From Tubulanus polymorphus (Eukaryota > Animalia > Nemertea): a stretch of DNA of 64,000 bases. The position numbers and the translations under genes were made by a program. Below the pieces are notes generated by a model. It was not told the origin of the DNA and ran no database searches. It saw nothing but the letters and a program-made list of their open reading frames with translations. The DNA lies in contig NC_134031.1 in the NCBI RefSeq assembly GCF_964204645.1, positions 18,297,910 to 18,361,909 of the forward strand, given 5' to 3'. Within the stretch, counting starts at the first letter, position 1, and every line of letters starts with the position of its first letter. This document shows positions 1 to 15,000 of this stretch, in pieces.

Positions 1-3000
1 TATAACCCCATACGAGGTGATTTACGGGCAGACGGCTTCGCTGACTTGTAACATACGTGGAGGATCAGCAGGCACGTACACGTTCACCTGGAAGAGAGTC
101 GGTAGCCGGTTGCCAGCTACAGCCGTACAACGAGACCAAACTCTATTGATAACTAGCGCTCGTTACAACGATGAGGGAAGGTATCATTGTATCGCGACTC
201 GACTAGATGGCGAGAAATTTGAGGGTTATGTCGATCTTATCGTTACCGGTAAGAAACTCGAAATATTTACGAGTTACACAGTGCAGCCTTGACATGAACG
301 AAACCCCTTTCACTGTTAGATATTATACAGTTAGACTCCTACTTACTCGATATCAGTCAACTGCTCAAGTTTTATGTGAATTCTACTAATTTCTATCTAT
401 TTCCCTCATTCTCGACTTGGTGGAATATTTAGAGCAGTCGACAAGATACTGAATAAGACGGGAGTTTACCATTTACTGGACTCACTTCATATGAATATCT
501 TAAAGCTCTGGACCCAGTTCCACAGTTCTGTTTTAAGATTTGAATCTCATTGAAAAGGAACTAATTCTAACTCAGAGTTACTCACTACTGTGGAACCGGG
601 TCCAGTTTCACATTTTTCAAACAAAGATACAAATGTTGAACTGAGTTCCTAGAGAAAGCCAGTCACTGAAATATATTTCGCACAATTTTCAAGATATCGA
701 ACTTGTTAGAATATATTGATCTATATACATTTAACTGTGTAAACACATCACTGGAACTGCTGCATGTGAATTATCTCTACCCCTGTTAGGCACTCCTGCA
801 CCTAAAATCTCAACTTACGAAGTCGAGTACGGCCAGACAGCGACAATGATCTGTAGCATCGAAAATGAACGTAAAACTTACACAATACGTTGGCAGAAAG
901 TTAGTAAAGCTGGGGGCGCGTTACCTCAATACGCGATCAGACGAGATCGGCAGTTAATTATCAGAAACGCTCGAACGGAAGATCAAGGTCGTTATCAATG
1001 TATCGCGATTGATGCAGACGGCAAACAGTTTGAATCGTTTATTGATTTCACTGTAACCGGTGAGTTTAAACTAACCGAACTAACAGTTAGAACTTGGTTT
1101 GATCGGATCTTTGAGTTAAAAGAACGGAAAGAGTTGATAACTGATCACGCTTACTCACTACCTTCCATTCCTTTTATTCCCTTCCTCTTTATGTTATTTC
1201 CTCATCCTCCGCAGGCAGGTATTCAAACCTGATCTCTTGTCTCAGTCATGACTCGAAACCTTGCCTGACTGACCCGAGTGCTCAGGTATATAACATGATT
1301 TCTGATTGGCTAATGATACTATCATTGATGCTAAATCAGGCAGGGATTTGAATCATAAGTCTTAATGTCATTAGTTTCGAATCCGTGCTGAGAGAGGATG
1401 GCTATTCCTTTTCATTTTAAAACTTTTTTCACTTTCATTTCTTGTTTTCTTGTTTTCCTCACATGCACTAAAAGGTTCTGCACCTCCGAGTATTACTAAA
1501 TACGAAGTACAATACGGACAGACGGCCATGTTGACTTGTAAAGTAACTCAGACCGATCCGTCTGCTCGGTTCGCCGTCGTCTGGCAGAAAGTCGGCAGTA
1601 ATTTACCGAATTACGCCGTACAAAAAGACAACGTGCTGGAAATATCTCAAACGCGGCGTGATGATGCCGGTAGATACCGCTGCATCGCTACCAGTCCGGA
1701 TGGGGGACAAATTGATGCATTCGTTGATTTGACTGTCATTGGTAAGCTTAATCGGTTCAGGTTCAGGCTCATAAGACCATTCTACTGACTAGGTTCCCTT
1801 TTCCAAGTATACTTGGACTTAGATTGGATTCGAGGGACAGATTTCGTGTATTTTCAATAGGAGAGTGACTTTATTATCTTATGTCTGTCTTATGTGTGTC
1901 TTAATTGTAAGCACTTTGTTTGTAAAACCCATCACTACATGTCATATGTGAGTCATGTTTCTCCTCTCTCCAAACCTGACTACAGCAACTATTTGAGAGT
2001 AGTTTGAACTCTTTGTGAGACCTCCAACTACTGCCTAATGATCAAAATACTCTGAAAATATAGAGAACATTCAATTATACTACTACTCTTGATATCAAAA
2101 TACCCATATTTTGGTGAAAACTACTGCAAATAGAGATATCAGGTAGTCTTGTCATCCTCTTCCCCTGATTTGTATTTCAAATAGTTCTGTATACCGCTAT
2201 ATTGCATGAATATCTATATCTGTATATATATATATATATATATAGGTTCGGCTCCTGTAACTATTTATGACGTGCGTTACGGGCAGACGGCAACTTTAAC
2301 ATGTAGCGTTCTACTGAACGGTGATTATACGATCAACTGGGTCCGTCTGGACGGACGTCTGCCGGCGAACGCGATCATTCGCGATCGTATTCTAGAAATA
2401 CCGCAAGCTCGTACCGCCGACGCCGGACGATATCAGTGTATAGCTCGAGATAAAAATGGCCGCCAGATTGATGTTTTCGTCGATCTCCGCGTAACAGGTA
2501 AATACGCTCGGTCACATGACCAGTTCTCGGGATCAGCCATTTTGAAATATATTAGTATTGACTGAGGGATTTTGACAAATTTCTTATCAGTAATCAGTTG
2601 TTCAGAGTATCATTCAGTATTAGTATCACATATAACATCTTGAATTATGAAATTATATCCTATATTACGTATGTGAAATTATGATATCATATTTATTCAT
2701 GCATAATTAATATTTAAGACCCAAGTTTCATGTTTTGAATAAGCATATTCATCAAGCCTTTGAAGAGCCAACACAACTTTACGGCCTGTTTGCACAATTC
2801 CTGTGTCAGAATTGATACCTTCAATCTGAAGCCTGCTTTAAGTAAAGGAGCTGACTCTAAATTTTCCTTCAATATGTATGTGTCGTAGAAATTTGGAAGA
2901 AAAACCTTTTCATAAATAAAAGGCTGACCTGACTAAACCGCTTAACTTATTAAGGGTACATTTACTTATCGAAAAAGCTTAAAGTCAGATTCATTCCTAG

Positions 3001-6000
3001 TTTATTTTCAATGAAACTACAAGTTTTGATATCGAATAACTCGATAAATTGTGTTGATTACTATTCCTAAGAAGAAATGACAGGTATTCAGTCCTGTGTT
3101 AACTGAAACTTTGGTCTTAAACTTTGCTTGTTTGTTTATATGTATATACTATATATGAATATGTATGATATATTCGTAGGTACCCCTCCTCCTATCCCCT
3201 CGTTTGAGGTGCGCTACGGTGAACCTGCTCAGCTGGTCTGTAACGTACAAACTAACGGTCAATATTCGATCGTTTGGCAAAAAGTCGATGGCACGTTGCC
3301 AGATTACGTGATAATGCGCGACCGTGTGCTAGAAATCAGACAATCAAAAACCGAAGACACCGGTCGATACCGTTGCATAGCAACGGGACCAGACGGTCAA
3401 ATTCGCAGGCTCGATTTAGATTTGATTGTTACCGGTAAGTTTGAAGAAAATTGATATCTAACAGTAAAGTCACTAGTGTCTGCCATTTCATTGAGATTGT
3501 AGCATGCAATTCTTAATAAATTGCCATGAAACTTAGCTGAACTGGCTAGGTCGATCTCGGCCTGAGTGCATCGGTTCCACTCTTATTGAAAATGGGGAGC
3601 ATCGGCAATTGAATATGGCCATTAGGGGGCTAGTTGCTCAAAAGTTGGTTAGAGTTAACCAGTGGATAAATGCCATTTATTACCGTGGTATTTGTCCACC
3701 AGTTAACTCTTACCAACTTTTGACGTACAAGCCCCTGATGGTTTCTATGAAATACATGGTATATGTGTTACCTTTCTTCAATGTCTTCAGCCCGTGACTG
3801 TCCATGGCATTGCCACGGCATTGCCACAATTTAGCATTTAGGATTTTTCATGTGGTGCTCCAACATTTGCGTTTTGAAGAGAGATATTCAGAAACTTTTC
3901 ATTTACGTTTGGAATGTTTGTTATTTTGTAGGTTCCGCGCCCGTTTTAACGTCTCGTCGAGTTCCATACGGGCAGACGGCGACCTTGAACTGTAACGTCG
4001 ACGGTTCGGAACGTTATACGATCACGTGGGAACGAATTGACGCTCAGTTACCGGTGAATTCGATCAGACGCGGAAATTCACTAGAGATTCATTCGGCTCG
4101 TACCGAGGATGAAGGTCGCTATCATTGTATCGCGCTATCCCCAGACGGACAACGATTAGATGCATACGTCGATCTTACTGTGTATGGTGAGTCGACAAAC
4201 ATCCATTAGTAATAGTTGTAAACAGTTTTTCTCTTCAGTTGAAATTTTTGTCTAATTTTGTCCTATCCTCGGTTGATATCACTACAGGAGAGGTTCCTGG
4301 TGGGATTGAGCAACCCCCTTCGATTATAACTTTAATATTTTCAAATAAACTCTGAAGATGGGTCGAAGGATTCCACCTGAAACTTATGAAAAAAACAATA
4401 ACAGTTGTGTAAATTAATATTGTGGGTTTCTCTTAATGATATAAGTAACTTTGAATATTAAGAACATTATTTCTGAATCTTGCAACTCATTGAATCTCAT
4501 TGATAGGATCGGAACCGGTAATCACGGCGCGTGAAGTAAAACTAGGATCAACCGCCACACTCAACTGCAACGTACAAGGATCCGATTTCACGATCACCTG
4601 GCAGCGTGTCGGAGCGCGTCTGCCCGTGAATTCTGCCACCCGCGGTGACAGCGGGTTAGAAATTCAAAACGCGAAATACGAAGATCAAGGTCGCTATCAC
4701 TGCATCGCTTCGTCAGCAGACGGAACTAGATTGGACGCATTTGTTGATTTAACTGTTGTCGGTAAGTTCGAAAATCTATCGCTTTCAGAAACCAACTATT
4801 GGTTTATTGTTCTCATGGGGCCACTAAGTTAGAAGGTTTAAAGTGGCTAATAAGTAGAGCAAAAAAATGTGTCTATTTTGGCGAGATAGTCTTAACCCTT
4901 TCAGTGCTGACTGATTAATACCCTATAGTGCTGGAGATTATTTCAAAATTTAAAAAAAATTCCACCCTAGTGTGTTGAATAACGGGAATACCGCCATAGT
5001 GCATCTACACCGCGGTGCAGTGTATCGTTAGTTACCAGTATTTCACTATGTTTGACACGTGCTGCCATTTTTCAATAGAGATAAAAACTTAATACTAGCA
5101 AAATCTATCACTGATTTATACACTGCACTGCGGTGTAGACGCACTGAAAGGGTTAAACATGTTTTGCTGTTGTTAAAGGGTCCTCACCGGCGGTTATTGC
5201 GAAGAAAGAAGTCCCGTTCGGTGAAACAGCTCGGTTGAATTGTAACGTAGAGGGCGGTGACTATCAAATCACGTGGGAACGTGTGAACGGAGGGCTGCCG
5301 GAGAACTCTGCTGTATTGAGAACAGTTCTAGAAATCAGAGACGTTAAAATAGAAGACGAAGGAAGATATCACTGCACGGCTGTATCACCTACTGGGGAAA
5401 AATTAGACGCCTATCTAGATCTTACTGTTACAGGTGAAATTCTTCAAGTCATTCCTAAAGCGGGTGTCAATGTATTCTATAAAATCCACTTCTTATGTTC
5501 ACGCGAAAATTTTCAAGATATTTGTCTGAATCGTATATGAAATGTTTATGATGTTTTTTGCAGGAGGTCCGGTACCGGTGAGAACGGTGAATGAAGGTGA
5601 CAATGCGCGTTTGACGTGTAACGTCGGAGATGAATACACGGTTAGCTGGAGACGGGTCGACGCGGCGCTATCCCTCAATGCCGTCGTCGAGAATAAACGT
5701 ATCGAAATCCCGAACGTGCAAGTGGAAGATACCGGTCGTTACGAGTGTCTGTCTCGCAGCGCAACGGAAACGCATAAAGCGTACGTTGATTTGCTCGTCA
5801 AACGTAAGAATTTTTAGTCGATTTTTAGTCAGTCGTGTAGTTGCATGTATTTATTGTTATACCAAGTAGTTAGATTACTATAAAAGTTGTCAGAACTCCC
5901 ATAACTTATAAATTGGAAGTTGAAGCCCAGTTGATAGAAAGTTTATCCAAAAAGCTTCATCTTGTTGTTCGCTTTTTGAGAAACTTAATCTTTAAACTGT

Positions 6001-9000
6001 TGGATAAGTTGAGAAGTTAAGAGATTTTTCCCCTTTTCTTAAGTCTTGCTATTATTGCAGTCAAAGCTTAAGTTTCTTCATCAACTTAGTCGAAGCTCAT
6101 TTTAGTTCTATAGCCAATCTGACGACTTAAGACCAGTCTAAGCTCATTTTGGTTCTATAACCAATTTAAAAACTTAGTACCAGTTTTATGATTGAAACCA
6201 TTTTCAGACTTTAATTCTAGACCGTAGAACTGGAATTTGGTCCTGATCTGATTTTTCTCGCCTGTTGAATTGATTTACTCAAATTCTATTTTCAGCTCGT
6301 GAAACGATACCGCGTACCGTCGTAACCGTCGGCGATACAGCACAAATAACGTGTAATACAAATGGCGCAGTTAGCGATCGTATAGAATGGAGTCGAGTGA
6401 ACGGCCGTCTACCGAATAACGCTATAATACAGAACAGCGTCGTGGAAATACCGCAAGTGAAACTGGTCGATACCGGGCGTTATACGTGTATATCTATAGC
6501 GACAGACGGCTCCAGAAAACAAGCTCAAGTCGATCTTATTGTCAATGGTCAGCTTTAACTATCCATAGATAAACAAAAACTTCCACGCAATCTATTTTCA
6601 AACAGTTTCAGGATTTTGCCTCTGACTTTTGCCTGAAAAACTGTTAGAAAATGAACGAGATATTTGACCAATAGTTATATTCTATCCACAAACTGAGGAA
6701 AACATCTTTCTGTTCTCTGTTTCTGTTAAAGATGAGATTTAGATGAATCCTGAAATTGTCAAAAAGATAAACTATATCTATTGTTATTTGTGGGATTAGG
6801 TTCTACACTGAGAGAGAATATATCAGTTTATCTCAGTCAGATTGATTGATTGTGATGTATATTTTTTGTTCACAGATCAATCACAAACTCCTCAGGTGAA
6901 CGTTAAACTCGGAGATACGGCTCGATTGACGTGTAACCCACAGAAACGCGGTCCTCACACGTATCAATGGTTTAAACTCGGCGAAATACGCGCGATTAAC
7001 CGAAATCCGGACCAGCGCGTTTTACTGATCAGTCGCGTCGTTGAGACTGACGCTGGTAGCTACACGTGTAGAGCTACGGGACCAGACGGAACTGAAGAGT
7101 TACCGATGATTATTAATGTATTAGGTTCGTGTAAAGTTTACCTTTCATCAAATCATTTGCTGTTCAATATGGGGCAGATCCATTAAAATCATAAAAAATA
7201 GATTTTGCCTAAGGGGCTGATTTTCCACCACTCTCCTGCGGAATAGGGAGAAGTTGACAATTTCCGACCCAGGGGCTGCAGTTGCTCAAAAGTTGGCTCG
7301 AGCTAACCTGTGGACAAACGAATAGCACAGTTTTGCATGATTTACATGGCGTTTAGATTAAGCTTACGACTGAACGAAAACTGATTTGAAAATCAGAGAT
7401 TCACTTTTTAGTGCAGAAATAGATTAACTATTGGAAATAATGATAATATGATGTCTGTATTTGTTCACAGGTAGCGGTGGAGGGAATGAACCGGAGAACG
7501 GATACCCGTCTCACAAGGTCGGAGTCGGAGAGACGGCTAAACTAAAGTGCGACGTACAAGGCGAAGGTTTTCAGATCAGTTGGAGTCGTTCAGGAGGCAC
7601 GCTGTCGCCGTACGCGATCGTTCAGGATCGCGTTCTCGAGATACGAGATGTCCGACCCGAAGATCAAGGTCGTTACGTCTGTACGGCCGTTGGTCCACGA
7701 GGTTCGACTCAAGCGAAAATAGATCTATTCGTGATCGGTAAGATTCCAACGATCAGTGTTTCTTTATCTTGTCTTTAAATCAACTAAAATCAAATCAAAA
7801 ACACAATATTCATTTATCGCACAAATTTACTAATGATCGAATGAGAAAGAATCGAAATCCTATTCTTCGCAAATATATTTATTTCACGAGCTTTTTAGTC
7901 GAAATATTATCGATAATTATCCGATCATCAATAGCCTTGATTAGGGTCACTTGATTGTGACCTTGTGCACCTCATATAAGCATCGTGACTCACTCAGACC
8001 TCATTTGTGAGACTCCGTAAGATTGTGCTTCATTGAGACCTCAATTGTGCCTCACTGAAGCCTCAATTGTGCCTCACTGAAGCCTCGATAATGTCTCACT
8101 GATTTCTCAATAGTGTGTTGTCTGAATGGCTCGGACCTTCAAACATTCTTTGAGAAATTGGGCCAGCCCTGGGCTGCAGTCTGTCGGAAACTGCAGTTTT
8201 CATCAGCAACCAAAAATCCTTGTAACAAAATTGGAAGTTAATTTAGAAAATTAACTTATTCAAAATAAAACCTGAAGCCATAGTTTCACAGTTTTCGGTG
8301 AATTTTAACTCTTAGAGCTGAATTGGTTTATTTCCAATGTTTTAACTCTGTGAACTGAAATGGTAGATGTGGAATTGGTTTCAGGAGATATTTTTGAATT
8401 TCATGAATCTTTGAGGAGTGAAGATGCAGCCCTGGCATGTGATTGTTTGTATATCGCACCAATCAACCAATCATCTTTTCTTTCCTCTTTTTCCTCTATT
8501 TTCTCTCGCTATAGACTCGCAACCAAATGCACCTCGTATTGTTGCGTTACCGGGACAACGAACGACGTTGACGTGCCGACTGACGGGTGTCGCTCCTCAT
8601 TTCGTGACGTGGCGTAAACTCGATGGCGCGATGTCGAGTGACGCTGTCGAACGCAATGAGATTCTCGATATCTCGAACGTCGGTTCTCGAGATTATGGAC
8701 GGTATATGTGTACGGTTAGATCGTCTGATGGTAGATCTGTTGATAGGTATATAGAGTTAATTAGACCTGGTAAGTTCCACCCTCCCCCTGCCCCTCCCCA
8801 TCCCCTCCCCTCTATCTGGCTTCGGTAATATGTAGTTACAAAATGTTAGCAAAATATGATAGATGTGTCAGATATTTTTCAGTATGTACGCTGTGCTTAT
8901 TTGAAATCTGGGCCAGCTTTCACAGAATCACGGCTCAGTTCTTAAAGTGGTCGCAAACCATAAGACTGGTATCAATCTCTTAGATTGGCTATATTTAGGT

Positions 9001-12000
9001 TTAGAATGGCGGACATCAGTGAGCTCACCTGTCAAACTTTACTGACAGCTGTGGGAATGAATCCAGTTCCCTACTTGTACAATCATAGCTTAGACCAGGC
9101 TAAGACCATCTAACCATAGCTCTATAGCCAATCTAACAACTTACAATCAGCTTTAAGATTCAAGACCACTTGTGGATTTGAGTGACGATTATTAGAGATT
9201 TTGGTTTTATTTCAACCCCTGATTTCAAGCTCTATATCTTCGATATCTATATATGTGTGATTAGTGAATGATTTGTTTTAATACGACGCTTTGTGTCTAT
9301 AATAAAACCTGCTGCACTGCTTCATGTCTGCTACGTGTGTGTGTATTGTATAATTATAGATACTCGACCGGGCGTAACAATCTCACAACCTCAATACGAG
9401 GTGCACCTCGGTAAAACTGCCCGGTTACTCTGCGAAGTGCGCGATAAAACCGCCTCGACCGTCGTCTCGTGGAAACGTCCCGGCGGTAAACGGTTGCCCC
9501 CGTTCGCGATCGCGCGAAACGGATTGTTAGAAATTCGTCAGGTGACGTCGGACGACGCCGGTCAGTACGTCTGCCAGGTGACAGACACAACGGATAGTGG
9601 CGCCCCCTCGCGACAAGCGTTTACTGAATTAATCATCGTTGGTATGTAAAATGTTGTATCGGAGAAAAAAAGTGGAGTTTTCAGAAATGTTCGGATATCA
9701 ATCCATGAAAATCTTGATGAAAATATGGATTCTAGAAATAGGAATTAACTGTTAAGAAAAAACTCAAGTGGGTTTGGAAAATCTAGAAAAGTATGATTTT
9801 GAATAAGCAAATTCTATTCAATGTCAGAGTGGTGATTTTGTCTGAATAGAAAATGATCACTAAGGATTTCTGGTGTAAGGTTGAAAGCTTGAATCTAAAA
9901 TGAATTATTTTCGTTCAGCAGAATCAAACATGACTTAGTTTTAATCGTTGTGATGCTAAGATAAGAGAACGTTTTATGTTGAATTAAGTTTAATCTGTCT
10001 CTGGTTTTTTTTTTTTATAGTTTTACCCGAAGTTCAAGTCGGACCGAGTAAAAGTGTAACACGTTATATCGGAAACGATGTTGAACTACGTTGTGATACG
10101 ACCGGGTCACCGGCTCCGCGGGTGTTCTGGGAGAAAGACGGAGGAACGTTACCCCCTCAAATCACTGTTCAAGATGGCCGTTTGAAGTAAGTTAACAGTG
10201 TCTAGAAATAGAGTTGATTGCAGGGAATAATATAACCATTCGGTTAGAAGTTGCAGCTTAGGCCAGTTAAGTTATATCTTTTGAATTTGAGGATTATTCC
10301 CAAGCTTTTTTAAATGAAATGCTGTCAAGAAAAGCAAGTTAGATGCTTTATGCATAATACAGTTAAACCTAATCAAGTCACATTACTGAAGTCATCACTA
10401 TTTCTGAATCCCAAGTCGTCAGCGCATGATGATCATCCCATGACTTCATTAGCATCTGGCCTCTATTTATACTAGCCTCTGAATCCATTAATTTTGTAAG
10501 GTCTCTCGGTAAGGTTTTCTGCCGCTTTGATTTTTCTGAAACTTGAATTTATTTCGACAGGATTTTCAATCTACAACTGGTTGATTCTGGTCGTTACTAT
10601 TGCACGGCTTCAAACTCCGGAGGAAGCGACAGAGACTTCGTTCAGTTAAACGTTTACGGTAAAACGAGACGGTTTTCACTTCGTGAATTTGAAGTTTTTG
10701 TTAGACTCATTTGATGAATTGTTGTTTGTTAAATTTGTGAACTTGATTTTGTTTGTAGATCGTTCAACTGGACCCGATGAGAACTATTCAAACATTACTC
10801 AGATTTCATCTCGCACTGAAACTGTGGCACTCGGTGATAAGGTTGACTTTACTTGTGAAGTGCAAGGTTTGTATCTAAATGGTTTGGGTTTTGCTTCAAC
10901 AGGTTAACAGCCTATTGTTAATTGGCTTTTAGAAAATATAAGATATTAGTTATTCAAGATAAGATGTTCAATCCTGTTCATACGGCTGTTTGACTCATAA
11001 CTGAGAGGTCCCAGATTCACTGATGGTTTATCAGAATAAGTCTTGAGTTAAGTTGGTTCTCGCATTAAGATAACTGCCACTGATAAGCAATTTTGTATCC
11101 AAAATTATAGCTAAGAAACTACAATTCAAAAAGGGTTTGGGATTCTTGAAAATATGGCTCCCGTAATTGTTGAAATATCTTGTTTATTTTCGTGATTTTG
11201 TGACTAAATCCTGTCCTCAGAGTGACACTTATTCATCGTCAAACTGATACAGACATCATCCTGTCTACTGTCATAAAACGTGTATTTCCAGGTACCCCTC
11301 GTCCTAAGATCCAATGGTTAAGAGATGGAGCTCAGATGCCACCATCTGCAATTATCGAAGACTATAAACTGATTATACCGAGCGTTGCTAAAGAAGATGA
11401 AGGTCGCTATCGATGTATGGCTAGAAACGTTGCCGGAGCCGTGCAAGCCGTCATTGATCTGGTCGTTAAAAGTGAGAACTGATTCTAGAAAATGCGATCT
11501 AAAATGAGCAAAACCATCCTTGATTTCCATAGAGGAATTACCAGGGCCCAGTTGTGCAGTTATGACTTAGTCCATAAGATCTTTAAAATGGTCTTTAATT
11601 GTTAATCTAAGCCATCACTGTGCAACTGATCACTGATATCTATATATCACTTTTGAAAATGGCTCATAGTATTTGAGTCATAACATGAGGATAATTCTTC
11701 TTACAGTTTCTTTTGATTGTCAATTTTCCATCTGGCTTTACATACAATGTCTCTCTGAATAAATGTCGATTGCTCAGGATTCAGTCCTGGTTGTTTTGTC
11801 TCATCCCTCTATGACCCGACTGATTTCCTGTATATTTTCTAGCTCCTGATTATCCCCTGGCAACTGAGTCAATAATCCAAACGGCGTCAGTCGGTTCGAG
11901 AGTAGACATTAAATGTCCGAATCCAACGGACGAAAATGGCGTGATCTGGACCAAAAAGGATGGACCACTCCCCAGGTATATAGATAATAGACTTAAGGAT

Positions 12001-15000
12001 TGTTTTAACTTGTCTTATAACCTATAACTAAGAGATTTTCATCAATTTCCTAGCAATTGCCTTTAAAGATGATAAATCCTTGATCGAGTTCTTCATGATC
12101 GATGATTTTCATCTTGCAGGAAACACGAAATACAGAACGGTATTTTAACGATTGAAGGAATCACTGAAGATAACGCTGGAGTTTACGTCTGTAAGATTCA
12201 AGGTCTGACGCAAGGTTCGGTGGAACAGCTTGTCGAACTGGTGGTCGGAGGTATGAGAAATATTGCCATATGCATATTTTGTAATCACAATCAATTGCAA
12301 AAATTGTAGCTCATGATATACTGTTGGAAGCAATTTTTGATTTTTGATTGCCGCTGCAAATTTATTTTGACAGGTTCTGGTTTTATTGCTGCGGCAAATT
12401 TGCTTCAATTTGTCAAAAACAAAGTATTTAAAGAAAAAAAATGGTCACTCAGTAAACTATTGCTGCGGCTTTCCCTGCTGCAGTCGCTGCAGTTCCAGCG
12501 TCACTGCTATAATCGTGATGAATTTCAAGTTCATTGATTACTGTATTTGTTCGCGAACAGGCATTGGATATCGAAATTGGCAGATTGGCACGTGTTTCGC
12601 TAAGTGGGCATGTTGTCCCCTAGTTGTAATGATTGCATTGTTCTAATGGTTTCAGCATTGGTTCCGTATTTCAAACAGCAAGCGTCAAATTCGTACGTGT
12701 CATTCCCAACGCTACCCGACGCTAAACTGAATTTCGATGTTACGATCTCATTCTATCCGGAATCAGCAGACGGTAAGTATTGGGCAATAGTCTGCGTTTC
12801 AAAAATACCTGGACCCAGATCTATAAAAATAGTATAAGGAAATAGAAAATATTGTCAGATGAGACATTGATAAAAGTAAAGCATAACTTGCGACCTAAAA
12901 GTCCAAATCACACATTTTAGCATCGAAAATTAACTCATGGACCAAGTCCAATTTTGAGTGCTGTTTTATAGAGTTGTGATTTGATGATGTTTTGTTTTAT
13001 TTCTCTGCTAGGTTTGATCCTGTATAACGGACAGTTCGAGAATGGTAACGGAGACTTTGTTTCATTCGGATTACAAAATGGCTATGGAGAATTCCGATTC
13101 GACTGTGGCTCGGGACCTGCTATCATTAAGTCAGAAGGACCGGTGTCGCTGCAGAAATGGCACAAAGCTGAACTCAAACGAAATAAACGAAATGGTCAGA
13201 TTTTAACTTTTGTGGAATTTGGTTTCCTCATTACAAAAATATATTTTTTTAAAATTTTCTTGAATGATTTGAGATGTTTTGTATCAATATAGGAACTTTG
13301 ATCCTCGACGGGAAGAAGACAGTCGGTCAGTCTGAAGGTCGTTTCCAAGGCCTCGATCTTCAGTTGAACTGCTACGTTGGAGGTGTGCCCGAGTTCAACA
13401 AAATCTCGAGGAAAGCCGGATTAACTCAAGGTTTTATCGGTAAGATATGAGAAAACAGTTAATCTAGGGCCACATCTCGAATTAGAGCGATGAAAAAGTT
13501 GAATTTGTTTATTTCCTAATATCAAGTAAAACTCAGAAAAACTCAATCATTTGAACTTAGACTTTTGATTGAAACCAGTTGCATAGAGAAGACTAAGATT
13601 AAAAATTTATCGAATACCATCTTAGACAATCTAATAACTTATGACAGGACTTACAATCCTTCTTAGACTCAGGCATGTCCTGAACTTCATAGGATTTTGG
13701 TGATTTGATTTGTTTATTTTAAAAGGTGCCGTATCTCGTGTGGATATACGCGGAGTCCCGTTAGATATGAGCAGTGACTCAGAGAAATTAGCCGGTATCA
13801 CGGACTTTCCTGTTTGTCGGAACCGGCCCTGCAGGAATGGAGGCACGTGTATCCCTGCGAACACTGATATCGGGTACAGATGTAGCTGTTTACAGGGATT
13901 TACAGGACTGACTTGTGAACTGAAGGGAGAAGGCTGCTTCAGAGGTGATCTCATAATTATGGGTAGAATTTGATGCGGTTATCAGTCTGGAGATATTGAA
14001 AAATGAACTAAATTTGAAAATGTTGTTGTTTTAGGCGCTTGTGGAGTCAGAGGAAAATGTTACGATTTACCAAACCAAGGAATACGCTGTGCTTGTCCCA
14101 TTGGAAAATCTGGCAACCGCTGTCAGCAAGGTATCCCCTAAATGAATTCCCTGTGTTGTTTATTCTTTTTCAATCGATAAATTTTATTTTAGGTAAGGTC
14201 TTCTATATGTCGGTATCTTAGTGCTAAATCGTCAACTGTGGGTTTTGCTCAATACCTATTAAATACTGAGATCAATATCAGTCTACCAGTCATGGTAACA
14301 ATTACTACTGATGACATTGATTTTGAGTAAAAGCAATTTTGCATTGGAGACTACTGAAGGATTTTCTCACATTTTACCCTGCTCTGATAAATACAGCGCT
14401 GACAACTGACATATTTCATATCGAGTAATACCGACTCAATTTATTTGATGTGAACAGAAATATGAAAGATGTTACTGAAGATCTAACCATTGATTACTGA
14501 TTGATTCGAAAATTTTAATTCATATTTCAATGAAATATTCCAGACTTGTTACTGATAGCGTTTTTCAGAGGTTGGCAGCCCTGTAAATACTTCATTCATT
14601 ATTTGCAGGTGTAATCATTGAGGATCCTGCATTTGATCAGACATCGTATATAGCTTACGATCCGTTACAAGACGCGTCTCAGGGCGTAATGATTAAACTA
14701 CTGTTTAAAGCGAACACTTTAGACGATGCTATTCTGTTGTATAACGGTCAGAGACGCGACGGAGGCGGAGATTTCTTATCGCTGACGATCAGAGATCGAC
14801 GCATCGAATTGCGATACGACAGCGGTTCCGGAACGGCGGTTATAACCAGTCAGAATCGCGTTCAAATCGGAAAATGGACGCGTGTCGTGGCTGAGAGGAG
14901 TCAAAGAGATGGAATGCTTACTGTCGATGCAGGAATGACTGTTAAAGGTATTTTAATGTTTTATTCTTGTTTTATATCGATGTTTTCTGTAGCTTTAAGT

